Source: a virus
Length of the DNA stretch: 64,000 nucleotides
Reading direction: 5' to 3' (one strand)
IMG/VR virus record: IMGVR_UViG_3300003322_000414
Span: 6,855 to 70,854 of that record
Position 1 is the stretch's first letter, and each line of letters opens with the position of its first letter. Positions 30,030 to 39,129 of the stretch are shown here, piece by piece. Below the pieces are notes generated by a model that made no database searches, was not told the origin of the DNA, and saw only the letters and a list, made by a program, of their open reading frames with translations. The position numbers and the translations under genes are program-made.

Positions 30030-30812
30030 CTATCGGGTGGTGCTGCGAGCGGTGGTCTTCTTGGCCGCCGTCTTGCGGACAGGCCGTGCGGCAGGAGCCT
30101 CGATGATCTCGCGGACGCCTGCCAGCGTCGGCTTGTCGATGTACCGGGGCAGCTTGTTGAATCGGTCCTTGCCTCGGTACGGACCGGTGTTCCGGAAGTA
30201 CACACGGCGGACTTCACGACCGTTGTCGTCTTCCGCCATGATTCCGTACCCGGCCACGTTCATGTGCCCCAGGGCCTGCTGGGCTACCTCGCCACGGCCA
30301 CCGTGCACGTACGGGAGGATGTAGGGCTCGCCCTCGCCGTCCTCCAGGTGCATCGGGTGCGCGGTGAAGAGCGTGTTCATCGGCAGGTCGTTGAACTGCA
30401 TGATGAACTTGATGGTCTGGATCTGCGCCTTCTGGTGCACGTCCATGGACGGAACGTCCGGATCGCGCTTGCCGGGCTGTGCGGCGTACGAGGCGTCGAG
30501 CGCGGACCTCTGGAGGATCCGCTGGGCTCCGCCGACCGTGTCGATACACACCCACTTGAACTCGGCGTGGCCCTCGTCCCGCAGCCAGCGATATGCCTCG
30601 TCGAGGTCCTTGTAGGTCTTGATCGGCCACTCCTCGGCGGAGCTGCCCATCGCACCGGCGGAGATGGTGCCCTCGGGATCGCACGTGAGGAACAGCACGC
30701 CCTCGTCCGAACCTCCGAACACCGTCTTGCCCCAGCCCGCGTCGGCCACCAGCGCCATGTGGATGAACGCCTTCTGGCCCTTCACAGATCGGATGGCTTT
30801 AGGCCGTGCCAT
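30030..30812 (-). CDS. AAA_24/Sak4-like P-loop ATPase (recombinase)
   Basis: ADAGWGKT Walker A, CIDT Walker B; next to exonuclease and SSB. Confidence 0.8.
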   Translation of the reverse strand: MARPKAIRSVKGQKAFIHMALVADAGWGKTVFGGSDEGVLFLTCDPEGTISAGAMGSSAEEWPIKTYKDLDEAYRWLRDEGHAEFKWVCIDTVGGAQRILQRSALDASYAAQPGKRDPDVPSMDVHQKAQIQTIKFIMQFNDLPMNTLFTAHPMHLEDGEGEPYILPYVHGGRGEVAQQALGHMNVAGYGIMAEDDNGREVRRVYFRNTGPYRGKDRFNKLPRYIDKPTLAGVREIIEAPAARPVRKTAAKKTTARSTTR

Positions 30813-30975
30813 CGTCCTCCTCTTCCATGTCTCGCATTCGCTGCTCAACCTCGTCGAGCCGCGTCTGGATGTAGTCGTGGTCCTCCTGCGAGATCCGCTC
30901 CCACAGTCGCGCCCGGCCAACCCTACGCCGGATCCGGTTGACCTCCTCGGGACCAGCGTCCTTGACGCTCCTCAT
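30799..30975 (-). CDS. hypothetical protein
   Basis: GAGGAAGG RBS, coupled start. Confidence 0.5.
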   Translation of the reverse strand: MRSVKDAGPEEVNRIRRRVGRARLWERISQEDHDYIQTRLDEVEQRMRDMEEEDDGTA

Positions 30976-31970
30976 GCTGCCTTCCTCGTGTCTCGGTGGT
31001 CCCCGTACGGGTCCCGAATCCTGTAGACCGCCTCCTTGTACTCCTCTACGTCCGCACCTGCTTCGTCGAGCATGCACATCTTGTAGAACTCGCATCGCCA
31101 GGAGCAGTCCCTCTGCGGTCGCTTGTAGATGGGAAGCGTGCCGTTGCGCATCGCCTCCATGTGAAGCGCTTCGTCCTGGATCCGACGCTCCATGTTGCGC
31201 CGGTTCGCGTCCGACTTCCAGTCGACCTCTCGGACGAACAGGGGAGCCGGTTGGTTCTTGGACACCGAACCGTTCTTGTTCAGGGCCTCGCCGCGCTCGT
31301 TGGTCGGCCGGTCGTCCGGCAGCCCCTTGCGCATGAAGTTGTACTGGATGCCCGCGATGGACTCGCGTGGCCCGATGAGACCCTGCTTGCGGAGAACACG
31401 CGTCGCCACGTACCAGTATGAACCGGCCTGGTCATCGAGCGGCAGATGCGCCGTGCTGATGCCGGCAGCCGTCTTGTGCTCCATGAGGAAGATCTCGCCG
31501 GTTCGCAGGTCTCGGTACACACCGTCGAAGGTGCCCACGTACCGAACCAGCGCCTTGAGCTTGCCACCCGGCTCCGGCTTGTATCGCGGGTCGGCGATGA
31601 GGAGTCGGAACGTCTGCTCCGTGGCGATGACGTCCCAGTGCTCGTCCTCGCCGTACTTGTCGACGTAGCCCTCCATCATCGCGATGCCGAGCTCCTTGGC
31701 CTCGACGAACTTCGCTCCATCCTCGTCGTACTCGGTCGGGATGTAGCGCTCCTCGTCGGCGCAGAAGTCTTCCCAGGTGTCAGCCGGATGCGGTCCCCGT
31801 TCCGCACCCTTCCGATACCACTCGGCAAGAGCGATGTGGATACCCTGACCGAACCAGAGCGGGTTCGAGTCCCGCTTGGCTGCCAGGCCCTCGTTGGTGG
31901 ACCACTGCCACTTCTGAGGGCACTCCTTGAAGGTTCCTCGCTCAGACGTCCGCAGCATCTGAATGGGCAT
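30972..31970 (-). CDS. PD-(D/E)xK exonuclease (Cas4/RecB-like)
   Basis: FKECP, GTFDGV..LMEHKT, CSWRCEFYKMC. Confidence 0.85.
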   Translation of the reverse strand: MPIQMLRTSERGTFKECPQKWQWSTNEGLAAKRDSNPLWFGQGIHIALAEWYRKGAERGPHPADTWEDFCADEERYIPTEYDEDGAKFVEAKELGIAMMEGYVDKYGEDEHWDVIATEQTFRLLIADPRYKPEPGGKLKALVRYVGTFDGVYRDLRTGEIFLMEHKTAAGISTAHLPLDDQAGSYWYVATRVLRKQGLIGPRESIAGIQYNFMRKGLPDDRPTNERGEALNKNGSVSKNQPAPLFVREVDWKSDANRRNMERRIQDEALHMEAMRNGTLPIYKRPQRDCSWRCEFYKMCMLDEAGADVEEYKEAVYRIRDPYGDHRDTRKAA

Positions 31971-32187
31971 ACAGCTCCAGCTCCTCGTTGGCATGGGCGG
32001 GACGGACGATGTGGTGCGCGCCCGTCAGGCTGCCCCGGTTGGTCTCGTGCCAGCCCATGCTCGGGCCGGACTCCCAACCGCCCTTGAGCTCTCGGTCGTG
32101 GTTCTTGGCCTTGTCGGCCGTCGTGAACACGCCACGAACTCTGGTGCGGGGTCCTTCAGGGTCCTGTATCAGGAGGAAGATCTGCAT
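31942..32187 (-). CDS. hypothetical protein
   Basis: GGAGAG RBS. Confidence 0.45.
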   Translation of the reverse strand: MQIFLLIQDPEGPRTRVRGVFTTADKAKNHDRELKGGWESGPSMGWHETNRGSLTGAHHIVRPAHANEELELYAHSDAADV

Positions 32188-32278
32188 TGTGCTCTCCGGG
32201 GAAGTGCGAGGGGGACCGGCCGGTGTCGACTGGTCCCCCTCGGGGTTGTGCTGGTTGGTGCTGGTTGCCGGCAGACGA

Positions 32279-32848
32279 TCAGCCGAGGTCGTCCTCGTCG
32301 AAGTCGTCGTCCACGTCCGCGACCTTCTTGGCGGCGGGCTTGGCAGCGGCCGGACGGCGGCGACGGCGGGACACCGGCTTGGCGGCGGGCTCCTCGGCCT
32401 CCTCCGCCTCCTCGGCGACCGGCTCGGCCTTCTTCGCGGCGGCGGTGCTGGCACCCCGGCGACGGCGGCTGACCGGCTTCGCGGGCGGCTCCTCCGCCTC
32501 GTCCTCGTCGGCCTCGACCGGCGCGGCCTTCTTGGCCTTGGCCGCAGCCGCCTTCTTGGCCTTGGCCGCCTCCTCGTCCCGCTTCTTCTGCTCGCGAGCC
32601 TCCCGACGCGCCTCGCGCTCCTCCTCGGCCTTCTCGGCGGCGGCACGGCGCTCGGCGAGGTGCTCCTGGTTCTCGGGCGAGCGCTGGAAGTCCATGCGGA
32701 GCGCGGTGGCCAGCTGGACGGACTTGAGGTCCACGTCCTCGTAGCCGGTCTTCTCGACCAGCCAGTCGGCGAAGCGCTCGTGCAGCTCCGTCGGGTCCTT
32801 GTCGACGAGCTTCGTGTAGCGCTCGGTGTTCTCTTCGGCGTCAGCCAT
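32279..32848 (-). CDS. paralog family member 1 (PTELH..FADWL..DLK.VQL..RMDFQ.S.ENQ domain with K/A/E-rich tail)
   Basis: Shares a ~55-aa domain with 38576-39049 and 42098-42682; TATAGT upstream at 32885-32890. Confidence 0.75.
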   Translation of the reverse strand: MADAEENTERYTKLVDKDPTELHERFADWLVEKTGYEDVDLKSVQLATALRMDFQRSPENQEHLAERRAAAEKAEEEREARREAREQKKRDEEAAKAKKAAAAKAKKAAPVEADEDEAEEPPAKPVSRRRRGASTAAAKKAEPVAEEAEEAEEPAAKPVSRRRRRPAAAKPAAKKVADVDDDFDEDDLG

Positions 32849-33082
32849 GGGATTCGCTCCATATCGAATGAGTGGGCACGACCAACTATACCTGAAATTC
32901 GCCGTGCCGGGGTTGTCAACGTCGTTCTGCTGAATTGGCTCCGCTGGAGTACCTGCGACGCCTTTCCTGTCGCCTTCGCTCCTCCGTGCGTCCCTGCTGG
33001 TAGCCGACCCGGTAAGCCCGTCCCGCCATCGCGGCCGGAACTCCGGTCATGACCATGACGAACAGGATCTCACGAATGTCCA

Positions 33083-34972
33083 TCACTGCTCCTTCAGCAT
33101 TCGGAGTGCGAACTCCACTCCTCTCCGGCCATCAAGCACTCGCTTCTGGATCTGATCCTTCGAGATGTTCATCCCGGCGATCTTCTCGTCGATACTACCC
33201 TTGGCGTAGAGGTAGTGGATGGACACCTGGTGAATACGGGACACACGGTGGATGCGGTCCTCGACCTGCTCCTGGTCGTCCGGCACGAACGTCTCGTCCA
33301 TGAAGAACAACTCGTCGCAGTGGGCGTCGAGGTCGATCGCTACGCCACCAGCGATCGTGTTCAGCAGCATGATGCGTGGCCCGCCCTCGGACTGGAACGA
33401 GGCCTGTGCTGCCAGGCGCTGCTTCGGCGTGACGTCGCCCGTGATCTTGAGCGTCGGCACCTTCAGCTTGCGGAACTCTGCCTCCATGGCGTTGATGACT
33501 TGCCCGAACTGGGAGGCGATGACGTACTTGGTGCCGTTGTTGTACCGGCTTGTCCCGACCAGGCCACGTTCCTCCAACAGCTCAAGAAGGAACAGCCACT
33601 TGCAGCTCTTGGCCATGATCGGGCCGTCGGCACCCTGGTAGGCCGTGGCGATCTGTCGGAGCCGGGTAAGCTCCGCCAGGACGCCCGTTGCGCTGACCGA
33701 CTTCTCGCCGAACATCGCTTCGCCCATCAGGGCCATCTCCTCATACTGCTTAGCCTGTTGAGGAGACGGCTCGCACCAGTGTTCGATGTACTGCTTGGGC
33801 GGGAGGTCCTTGGCAACCTCGCCCTTGGTCCGACGCAGCATCACGTAGTCCAGCGATCGGTACAGAGCCTCCGCACGAGCCGGGTTCAGCCCGCCGATGC
33901 TCTGTCCGAACCGGGTCTCGTTGACCTCCAAGTATTGTTGCGCCCATGTCCACTTGGAGGAGTACTGCTTCGGGTCGAGCCAGTGGAGCACACCCCAGAA
34001 GTTGACCGGGTTGCCCTTGATGGGCGTGCCTGACAGGGCCACCTTCAGCCCGTCCTCGTCAACCTTCAGCCGACACAGGCCCTCTGCGATCTGCGTCTTG
34101 GAGTGTGCACCCTTGATCCCAGACAGGAACCGGTGCGACTCGTCGACGATGATTGAGGTCCAGCTGGGCTCGAAGAACTCCGGGAACTGGACGACGTACG
34201 GCTTGGGCGCGGTCTTGTGTCCGGCCTCTCTGTGGTCGATGTCCTCCTGAGGAGTTGCGAAGTCCTCCTCGAACGACTTGCACTTGGAGCACCAGCGCCC
34301 CATCTTGATGCGCGTCGTCTCGGGGTTGATCACGACAAACCGGGGCTCGTCCTCGGGTGCGAGGAGCGCGGCCTCGATAGCCTTCCGCTTCTGCGTGGCG
34401 GAGCCGGTGACCGGGAACACTCGGAAGTCGGTCCACTTGCGAACCTCCTTCTCCCATGTGATCCGGATCGCCGTCGCCGGGCACGCGATCAGGTGAAGGC
34501 CGACCTCAAGGCCGCGCTCAACGATGCCTCCGAGCGTCTGGATGGACTTGCCCAGACCGGGCTGGTCCGCCAGCAGGACACCGCCGTTGGGCTGGTTGGC
34601 GAGGAACGATGCACCCACACGCTGGTAGGTCCTCGTGTCCATCGCCATGGCCAGCCGGGGCAGGATCTCGTGCAGGCGGTCCAGCTCGATGTCGGCCAGC
34701 TTCCCAAGGTCCCGCATCGCCTGTTCCTCGGCGATGGCCTGCCTGGCCCATGACGACAGCCTCTTGCCGACGACGAGCATGTCGGTGAAGACGTGGCGCA
34801 TGTGGCGACATGCCTGGAGCGACACCGGGTATGTCCAACACCCCTTGGTCTTTGACCAGTTGTGGCCTGGGATCTCCTTGCACATCTCGGCCACGCCGGG
34901 GAAGAACGGGCTCCGCAGGATGATGCGTTCGCCCTTGTCGTCCAGCTCGATGTGGACCCTGGGTGCCGGCAT
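33083..34972 (-). CDS. SNF2-family helicase
   Basis: DQPGLGKS, IVDESH, ALSGTP, QVEDRIHRV. Confidence 0.9.
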   Translation of the reverse strand: MPAPRVHIELDDKGERIILRSPFFPGVAEMCKEIPGHNWSKTKGCWTYPVSLQACRHMRHVFTDMLVVGKRLSSWARQAIAEEQAMRDLGKLADIELDRLHEILPRLAMAMDTRTYQRVGASFLANQPNGGVLLADQPGLGKSIQTLGGIVERGLEVGLHLIACPATAIRITWEKEVRKWTDFRVFPVTGSATQKRKAIEAALLAPEDEPRFVVINPETTRIKMGRWCSKCKSFEEDFATPQEDIDHREAGHKTAPKPYVVQFPEFFEPSWTSIIVDESHRFLSGIKGAHSKTQIAEGLCRLKVDEDGLKVALSGTPIKGNPVNFWGVLHWLDPKQYSSKWTWAQQYLEVNETRFGQSIGGLNPARAEALYRSLDYVMLRRTKGEVAKDLPPKQYIEHWCEPSPQQAKQYEEMALMGEAMFGEKSVSATGVLAELTRLRQIATAYQGADGPIMAKSCKWLFLLELLEERGLVGTSRYNNGTKYVIASQFGQVINAMEAEFRKLKVPTLKITGDVTPKQRLAAQASFQSEGGPRIMLLNTIAGGVAIDLDAHCDELFFMDETFVPDDQEQVEDRIHRVSRIHQVSIHYLYAKGSIDEKIAGMNISKDQIQKRVLDGRRGVEFALRMLKEQ

Positions 34973-35382
34973 CAGTCCTCCCAGACGATCTGGTCACGCA
35001 TGAACCCGAAGTACTCAAGGTCCATGTCGCACTGCTCGCACGGCTTCCGCGTCGAGTACAGCATGACGTTCGGAGTCACCACACGATAGTGCTTGAGGTA
35101 CTTGCGGAGCGCGTTGATCTCCGCGTGCACCGCGTGACACTTGACGCAGCCGTTGAACGGCGACCCGTGGGGGAGCTGCTCGTTGGTGAGCTGTCCTCGC
35201 GGGCAGCCTCCCAGGTCGCAGTTCAGCTTGCCCGAGGCAGGACCGTTGTAGCCGATGTACGTGAACTCGTTGTCCACGACAAGGACCGCGCCGACCTGAT
35301 CGCGTATGCATGAGCTGCGACCCGCCACGGCGCGAGCAACGCCGAGCCAGACCTTGTTCCAGTCGTCACGAGGTGGGGCCAT
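34972..35382 (-). CDS. dCMP deaminase
   Basis: RSSC..QVGAV, GYNG, HAEINAL, PCEQC. Confidence 0.9.
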   Translation of the reverse strand: MAPPRDDWNKVWLGVARAVAGRSSCIRDQVGAVLVVDNEFTYIGYNGPASGKLNCDLGGCPRGQLTNEQLPHGSPFNGCVKCHAVHAEINALRKYLKHYRVVTPNVMLYSTRKPCEQCDMDLEYFGFMRDQIVWED

Positions 35383-35572
35383 ACGTGATCACCATCCAGA
35401 AGTAGTAGGCCGAGACGAAGAACGCTACCGTCCCCGGGATGGCGAAGGACTGGTCCTCGTCGGGGTGCAGGAAGAACCGGCGCTGGACCCAGAGGGCCGC
35501 AGATCCGGTGCTGATACCCGCGACCAGCTGGCCGAGGATAACCAGGATTCCGACGAGTCCGATCTCGCTCAT
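35366..35572 (-). CDS. small membrane protein
   Basis: Two hydrophobic helices. Confidence 0.55.
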   Translation of the reverse strand: MSEIGLVGILVILGQLVAGISTGSAALWVQRRFFLHPDEDQSFAIPGTVAFFVSAYYFWMVITYGPTS

Positions 35573-35598
35573 GATGTCGCTTGCTCGCTCTCTTGTTG

Positions 35599-35826
35599 CT
35601 AGTTGCCGGTGGTCGGCTTGTGGGGAGTGGTGACGGCCGGACCCGGCTTGGGGTCCGGCTGCTTCTTGTCCGCGTCGTCGGAGCCGCAGCTCTGGAGCAC
35701 GAGCGTCAGCACCGCGCCACAGATGATGCCAGCACCGAACGCCTTGGGCTTGCCGGCACGGAGCTCCATCGCCGTGTCCTTGGACATGGAGAAGGTGGTT
35801 CCGTCCGGGACTTCATTCCATCTCAT
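35599..35826 (-). CDS. small membrane protein or lipoprotein
   Basis: Hydrophobic helix ending LQSCG, then a Pro-rich tail. Confidence 0.5.
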   Translation of the reverse strand: MRWNEVPDGTTFSMSKDTAMELRAGKPKAFGAGIICGAVLTLVLQSCGSDDADKKQPDPKPGPAVTTPHKPTTGN

Positions 35827-35964
35827 GTTCGGCCTCCGACCGATGGGGTGAGCCGGGGCGGCTCCGAGAACCGATTCTATCTGAGCCCTCGCCGATCGCG
35901 GGGCCGCCCCGAGTACCTTTGCCCGACGCGCTCACGCCGAGCCCTTACGCGCCAACCTACGGCG

Positions 35965-36537
35965 TCACGCGGTGAGCTTGGCGTAGCAGGTGTCCCCGAT
36001 GCCGCGCTCTCGGGTGTGCTTCTGGGTCAGCGGGCTGCCGCACCGTCCACACGTCCCGACGTTCAGGCCGAACAGAGCGAACGCGGCGACCGGGTCGTCG
36101 GCGATCCGCTTGAGGATCTTCTCGGGCCTGTAGATGCGCTGCATCTTGAAGTCGCCAGGGGCACCGGTCAGCTCCCACAGGATGCGGTGTCGCGTCCCGC
36201 CGATGGCGTAGAACCGGATGTCCTCGTCGTCCTCGTTGCGCAGCGCGTACTTGCCGTTCTGCACCTTGGCGAAGAGCTCGTCCCTGCTCATGCCGGCATT
36301 CGGCTGCTTGAGCATCTTGGTCAGGAACTCTCCCATGGCCTTGCGGCCGAGCCCGGCGATGGCGAGGTGGTAGTCCTCCTCGCTCATCCCCTGGTACTCG
36401 GCCAGGCGCACCTTCTCACGACCCAGAGCCTGCGCGAGCGACATCTGCTTCTCGCTCGGCTGCCCCTCCTTCGTGGCGAAGCATCGCTTGACCTTCGCCA
36501 CGCTGTCGTGCTCACCCTTGCAGTTCCCGCATCGCAT
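35965..36537 (-). CDS. Zn-finger protein (DUF6011-like C-terminus)
   Basis: CGNC..H N-terminus; CGRCGSPLT..TRERGIGDTC C-terminus; coupled start. Confidence 0.65.
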   Translation of the reverse strand: MRCGNCKGEHDSVAKVKRCFATKEGQPSEKQMSLAQALGREKVRLAEYQGMSEEDYHLAIAGLGRKAMGEFLTKMLKQPNAGMSRDELFAKVQNGKYALRNEDDEDIRFYAIGGTRHRILWELTGAPGDFKMQRIYRPEKILKRIADDPVAAFALFGLNVGTCGRCGSPLTQKHTRERGIGDTCYAKLTA

Positions 36538-37553
36538 CAGCCGATCTCCTTCTTGCGACCACCCATGCGGTCCTGACCGATGTCCGCCGTGCGACCGTCG
36601 GCCTGGCCTCGGTAGTACGCCTCGCCGACGATGCGCTGCCGGTACCCCTTGCCGTCCTTGTGCCCCATGCTGGCCTTGAGCGCGTCCATCGCGTCCTGAA
36701 CCAGCTTGTTGCGGTCGAACAGCACGAGCTCCGCGCCGTTGGTGGACTTGATCTGGTCCTCGCGGTACTTGCGGAGCCGAGCGAACCGGTCCCGCACCTC
36801 GTTGAGGAAGCCCTGCGCGTAGGAGCGCTGGAAGGTGACCGGCGACTGCACCGCCCGGTAGGGCTCTCCGATCTCGGCAGCCCAGCGCTTGCACGCCTTG
36901 ATGAGCCTGCCACCGTCCTTGCGCTTCTCGTCCCAGGGCACCTCCTGCCAACCGGCCGTCTTCTCGTCGACGCGGAAGTTCCAGGTGTGGTCGGTGTCCT
37001 CCGGGATGCCCAGCCGGTCCAGACGACCGAGCTCCTTCTCCTCGTGGTACGCCTGGTTCATCAGGTGGGCGATGGTCTGCCACTTGATGCCCGACTCGTG
37101 GAGCAGGTAGACGTTCTCGTCGAACGACTTGCGCTTGTTGGGCTTGGGGTCGAGCTTCTGCAGGGCCTGGAGGCGGAGGGAGGTGTACACCATCTCCACC
37201 AGGTCCATGTTCGAGGGGAAGCCGACCAGGTAACCCGTGCCGGAGGTCCAGCCGAAGAACTCGCAGTCGTAGTGCTTGGCGACCGCGATGATCAGGTTGT
37301 ACCACTGGTTGCCGAGCTTGTCGTTTGCCGGCATGAACGTGATCACGCGCTGGTCGGGCTCCTCGACGATGCCCCCGGCGAGCTGCCGAGCGGCGCTCAG
37401 CATGGCCTCGTCAACGGCGTACTTCTGCATCAGCTGCTCGGCCTTGTCGAGGTATGCCTGCGCACCCTCGGGGTTGGTGTCGGTGAGCGACTGATACGTG
37501 TCGAGCAGGCCCTGGATCTTGGCCAGCATCGGGTTGGTGGTGTTGTCGGACAT
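36537..37553 (-). CDS. DUF2786-like domain protein; lies directly below hammerhead 1
   Basis: KIQGLL..AQAYLDKAEQLMQKYAVD N-terminus; SYAQGF..YYRGQADGRTADI C-terminus. Confidence 0.7.
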   Translation of the reverse strand: MSDNTTNPMLAKIQGLLDTYQSLTDTNPEGAQAYLDKAEQLMQKYAVDEAMLSAARQLAGGIVEEPDQRVITFMPANDKLGNQWYNLIIAVAKHYDCEFFGWTSGTGYLVGFPSNMDLVEMVYTSLRLQALQKLDPKPNKRKSFDENVYLLHESGIKWQTIAHLMNQAYHEEKELGRLDRLGIPEDTDHTWNFRVDEKTAGWQEVPWDEKRKDGGRLIKACKRWAAEIGEPYRAVQSPVTFQRSYAQGFLNEVRDRFARLRKYREDQIKSTNGAELVLFDRNKLVQDAMDALKASMGHKDGKGYRQRIVGEAYYRGQADGRTADIGQDRMGGRKKEIG

Positions 37554-37568
37554 GTGCGAATCTCCTCG

Positions 37569-37620
37569 GGACTCGTCAGCACCGGTACCTTACCGGCGGA
37601 CGCCTCACGGCGTTTCGTCC
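37569..37620 (-). ncRNA. type II hammerhead ribozyme HH1
   Basis: RNA: GGAC GAAA CGCC-GUGA-GGCG UC^ CGCCGGU-AAGGU-ACCGGUG CUGACGA GUCC; predicted cut between 37599 and 37598, 45 nt before the AUG at 37553. Confidence 0.9.
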
Positions 37621-37632
37621 TAGGTTGAGGGA

Positions 37633-37782
37633 TCAGAAGAAGATGGTCCACAGCAGCAGACCGACGATGATTGCACCGGCGAGGAACGCTCCGAGCAGGA
37701 CGGCCGTGGCGATCAGGCAGCAGCCCTTGCCATCGCGGTCCATGTCGTGCTTCTTCCACCAGTTGCTCATGTAGCTCGCCAT
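37633..37782 (-). CDS. small membrane protein
   Basis: 49 aa with a C-terminal hydrophobic helix. Confidence 0.5.
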   Translation of the reverse strand: MASYMSNWWKKHDMDRDGKGCCLIATAVLLGAFLAGAIIVGLLLWTIFF

Positions 37783-37966
37783 CAGCCCAGAGCCTCCCAC
37801 AGCGGCTTGACCGCCGGGTTGGTTGCCGGCATCTGTGGCGGCTCCTCGGTGACCCAGACGTCCTGCTCTTCGTTCACGTTGTGCTCCTACCTTAGCCACG
37901 TCCAGAGGATGTACACAGCCAGCAGGACGAGGCCGGTGATGACCTCGTCCCGCGACCACTTGCCCA

Positions 37967-38443
37967 TCAGTACTGCGTCGTCTCCACGAACCCGCCGTCG
38001 TCCGTCCCGAAGTCGCTCGGGGCGTTCTCGTCGGCGATGCCGAACTCGCTGCGACGACGCTGCTCGTCCTTGGAGACCAGCTTCATCTCTCGACCCTTGA
38101 AGTCGATGCCGATGCTGTACTTGGCCTTGAGCTCGTGGACCAGCCACGCCGGGTTGATCCACAGGGGCACGTACATCTTGCCGTTGTTGGCCAGCTCGAT
38201 GTAGGCCGACTTGAGCAGCTCGTCGCAGCCCATCTCGCGGAGCGTCTTGGGGAGCTCCAGCATGTCGGGCGTCGGGTCCGTGTTGCACGGCCGGAGGTTG
38301 TAGTCAACCTCGTCGTTGGCCTCGTCGCGCAGCCGGAGCCGGTTGATCGCGTCGTTGGCCTTGCCCTCGTCGGTGAAGACGGCCACGATCTCCTCGCGGT
38401 CCTCCTCGACGAGAACCTTCCAGATGATGTGCACCTGGTCCAT
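37967..38443 (-). CDS. hypothetical protein below hammerhead 2
   Basis: AUG 38443 follows CCAAGGAGG; the longer ORF-track start would run through the ribozyme. Confidence 0.7.
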   Translation of the reverse strand: MDQVHIIWKVLVEEDREEIVAVFTDEGKANDAINRLRLRDEANDEVDYNLRPCNTDPTPDMLELPKTLREMGCDELLKSAYIELANNGKMYVPLWINPAWLVHELKAKYSIGIDFKGREMKLVSKDEQRRRSEFGIADENAPSDFGTDDGGFVETTQY

Positions 38444-38456
38444 GAATCCTCCTTGG

Positions 38457-38509
38457 GGACTCCTCAGCAGCGCCATCCAGCGCCGGACGCCCGGTTGGGC
38501 GTTTCGTCC
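38457..38509 (-). ncRNA. type II hammerhead ribozyme HH2
   Basis: RNA: GGAC GAAA CGCCC-AACC-GGGCG UC^ CGGCGCU-GGAU-GGCGCUG CUGAGGA GUCC; cut 38486/38485, 42 nt before the AUG. Confidence 0.9.
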
Positions 38510-38575
38510 TTGGTCGCAGGGCACCTGGCCCGAGGGACTCGTGGTCTCCTCTGGGCCAGGGCCGTCTGTGGGGTG

Positions 38576-39049
38576 TTACTTCTTGGCGGCGGTCCGACGC
38601 GTCCGGCGCACCGGCTGCTTCGGCTTGTCCTCCGCCTTGGGCTCGTCGGCGGCCTCGGTGGCCGTCTCCGCGCCGTTCTCGGCCTCCGCCTCACCCGTGG
38701 GCTCGGCCTCCGCCGTCGGGGCCTCGGCGGGCTCCTCGGGCTTCGGCTCGTCGGCGGCGGTCTCGCCCTTGAGCTTGGCGAGCTCCGCCTCCAGCTTGGC
38801 GAGCTTCCGGGCCTTGGCCTCTTCCGCCTTCTTGGCGGCCGCAGCCTTGCGCTCGGCGAGAGCCTTCTGGTTCTCCTCGGAGGACTGGAAGTCCATCCGC
38901 ATGATGGTAACGAGCTGGACCGTCTTCAGGTCGACGTCGACGCCCGTCTTCTCCTTGAGCCAGTCCGCGAACTGCTTGTGCAGCTCGGTGGGCTCGGCAG
39001 CCGCACGCTCAGCGAAGGTCTTCTTGCTGGGGGTGTTGTTCTCGGCCAT
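38576..39049 (-). CDS. paralog family member 2, flanked by hammerheads 3 and 2
   Basis: PTELHKQFADWLKEKTGVDVDLKTVQLVTIMRMDFQSSEENQ; AUG 39049 after CCAAGGAGG. Confidence 0.8.
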   Translation of the reverse strand: MAENNTPSKKTFAERAAAEPTELHKQFADWLKEKTGVDVDLKTVQLVTIMRMDFQSSEENQKALAERKAAAAKKAEEAKARKLAKLEAELAKLKGETAADEPKPEEPAEAPTAEAEPTGEAEAENGAETATEAADEPKAEDKPKQPVRRTRRTAAKK

Positions 39050-39065
39050 GGTGTTTCCTCCTTGG

Positions 39066-39129
39066 GGACTCATCGGCACCGGCATCCACCGGCGGACGAG
39101 CAGCGCTTCCCAGCGGGCTCGTTTCGTCC
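39066..39129 (-). ncRNA. type II hammerhead ribozyme HH3 (variant core CCGAUGA)
   Basis: RNA: GGAC GAAA CGAGC-(15 nt)-GCUCG UC^ CGCCGGU-GGAU-GCCGGUG CCGAUGA GUCC; cut 39095/39094. Confidence 0.8.

Noticed and set aside
30972-31970. Cas4-like nuclease as part of a CRISPR system
   Set aside because: No repeat-spacer array or other cas genes; context is SSB plus Sak4-like ATPase, a standard recombination module
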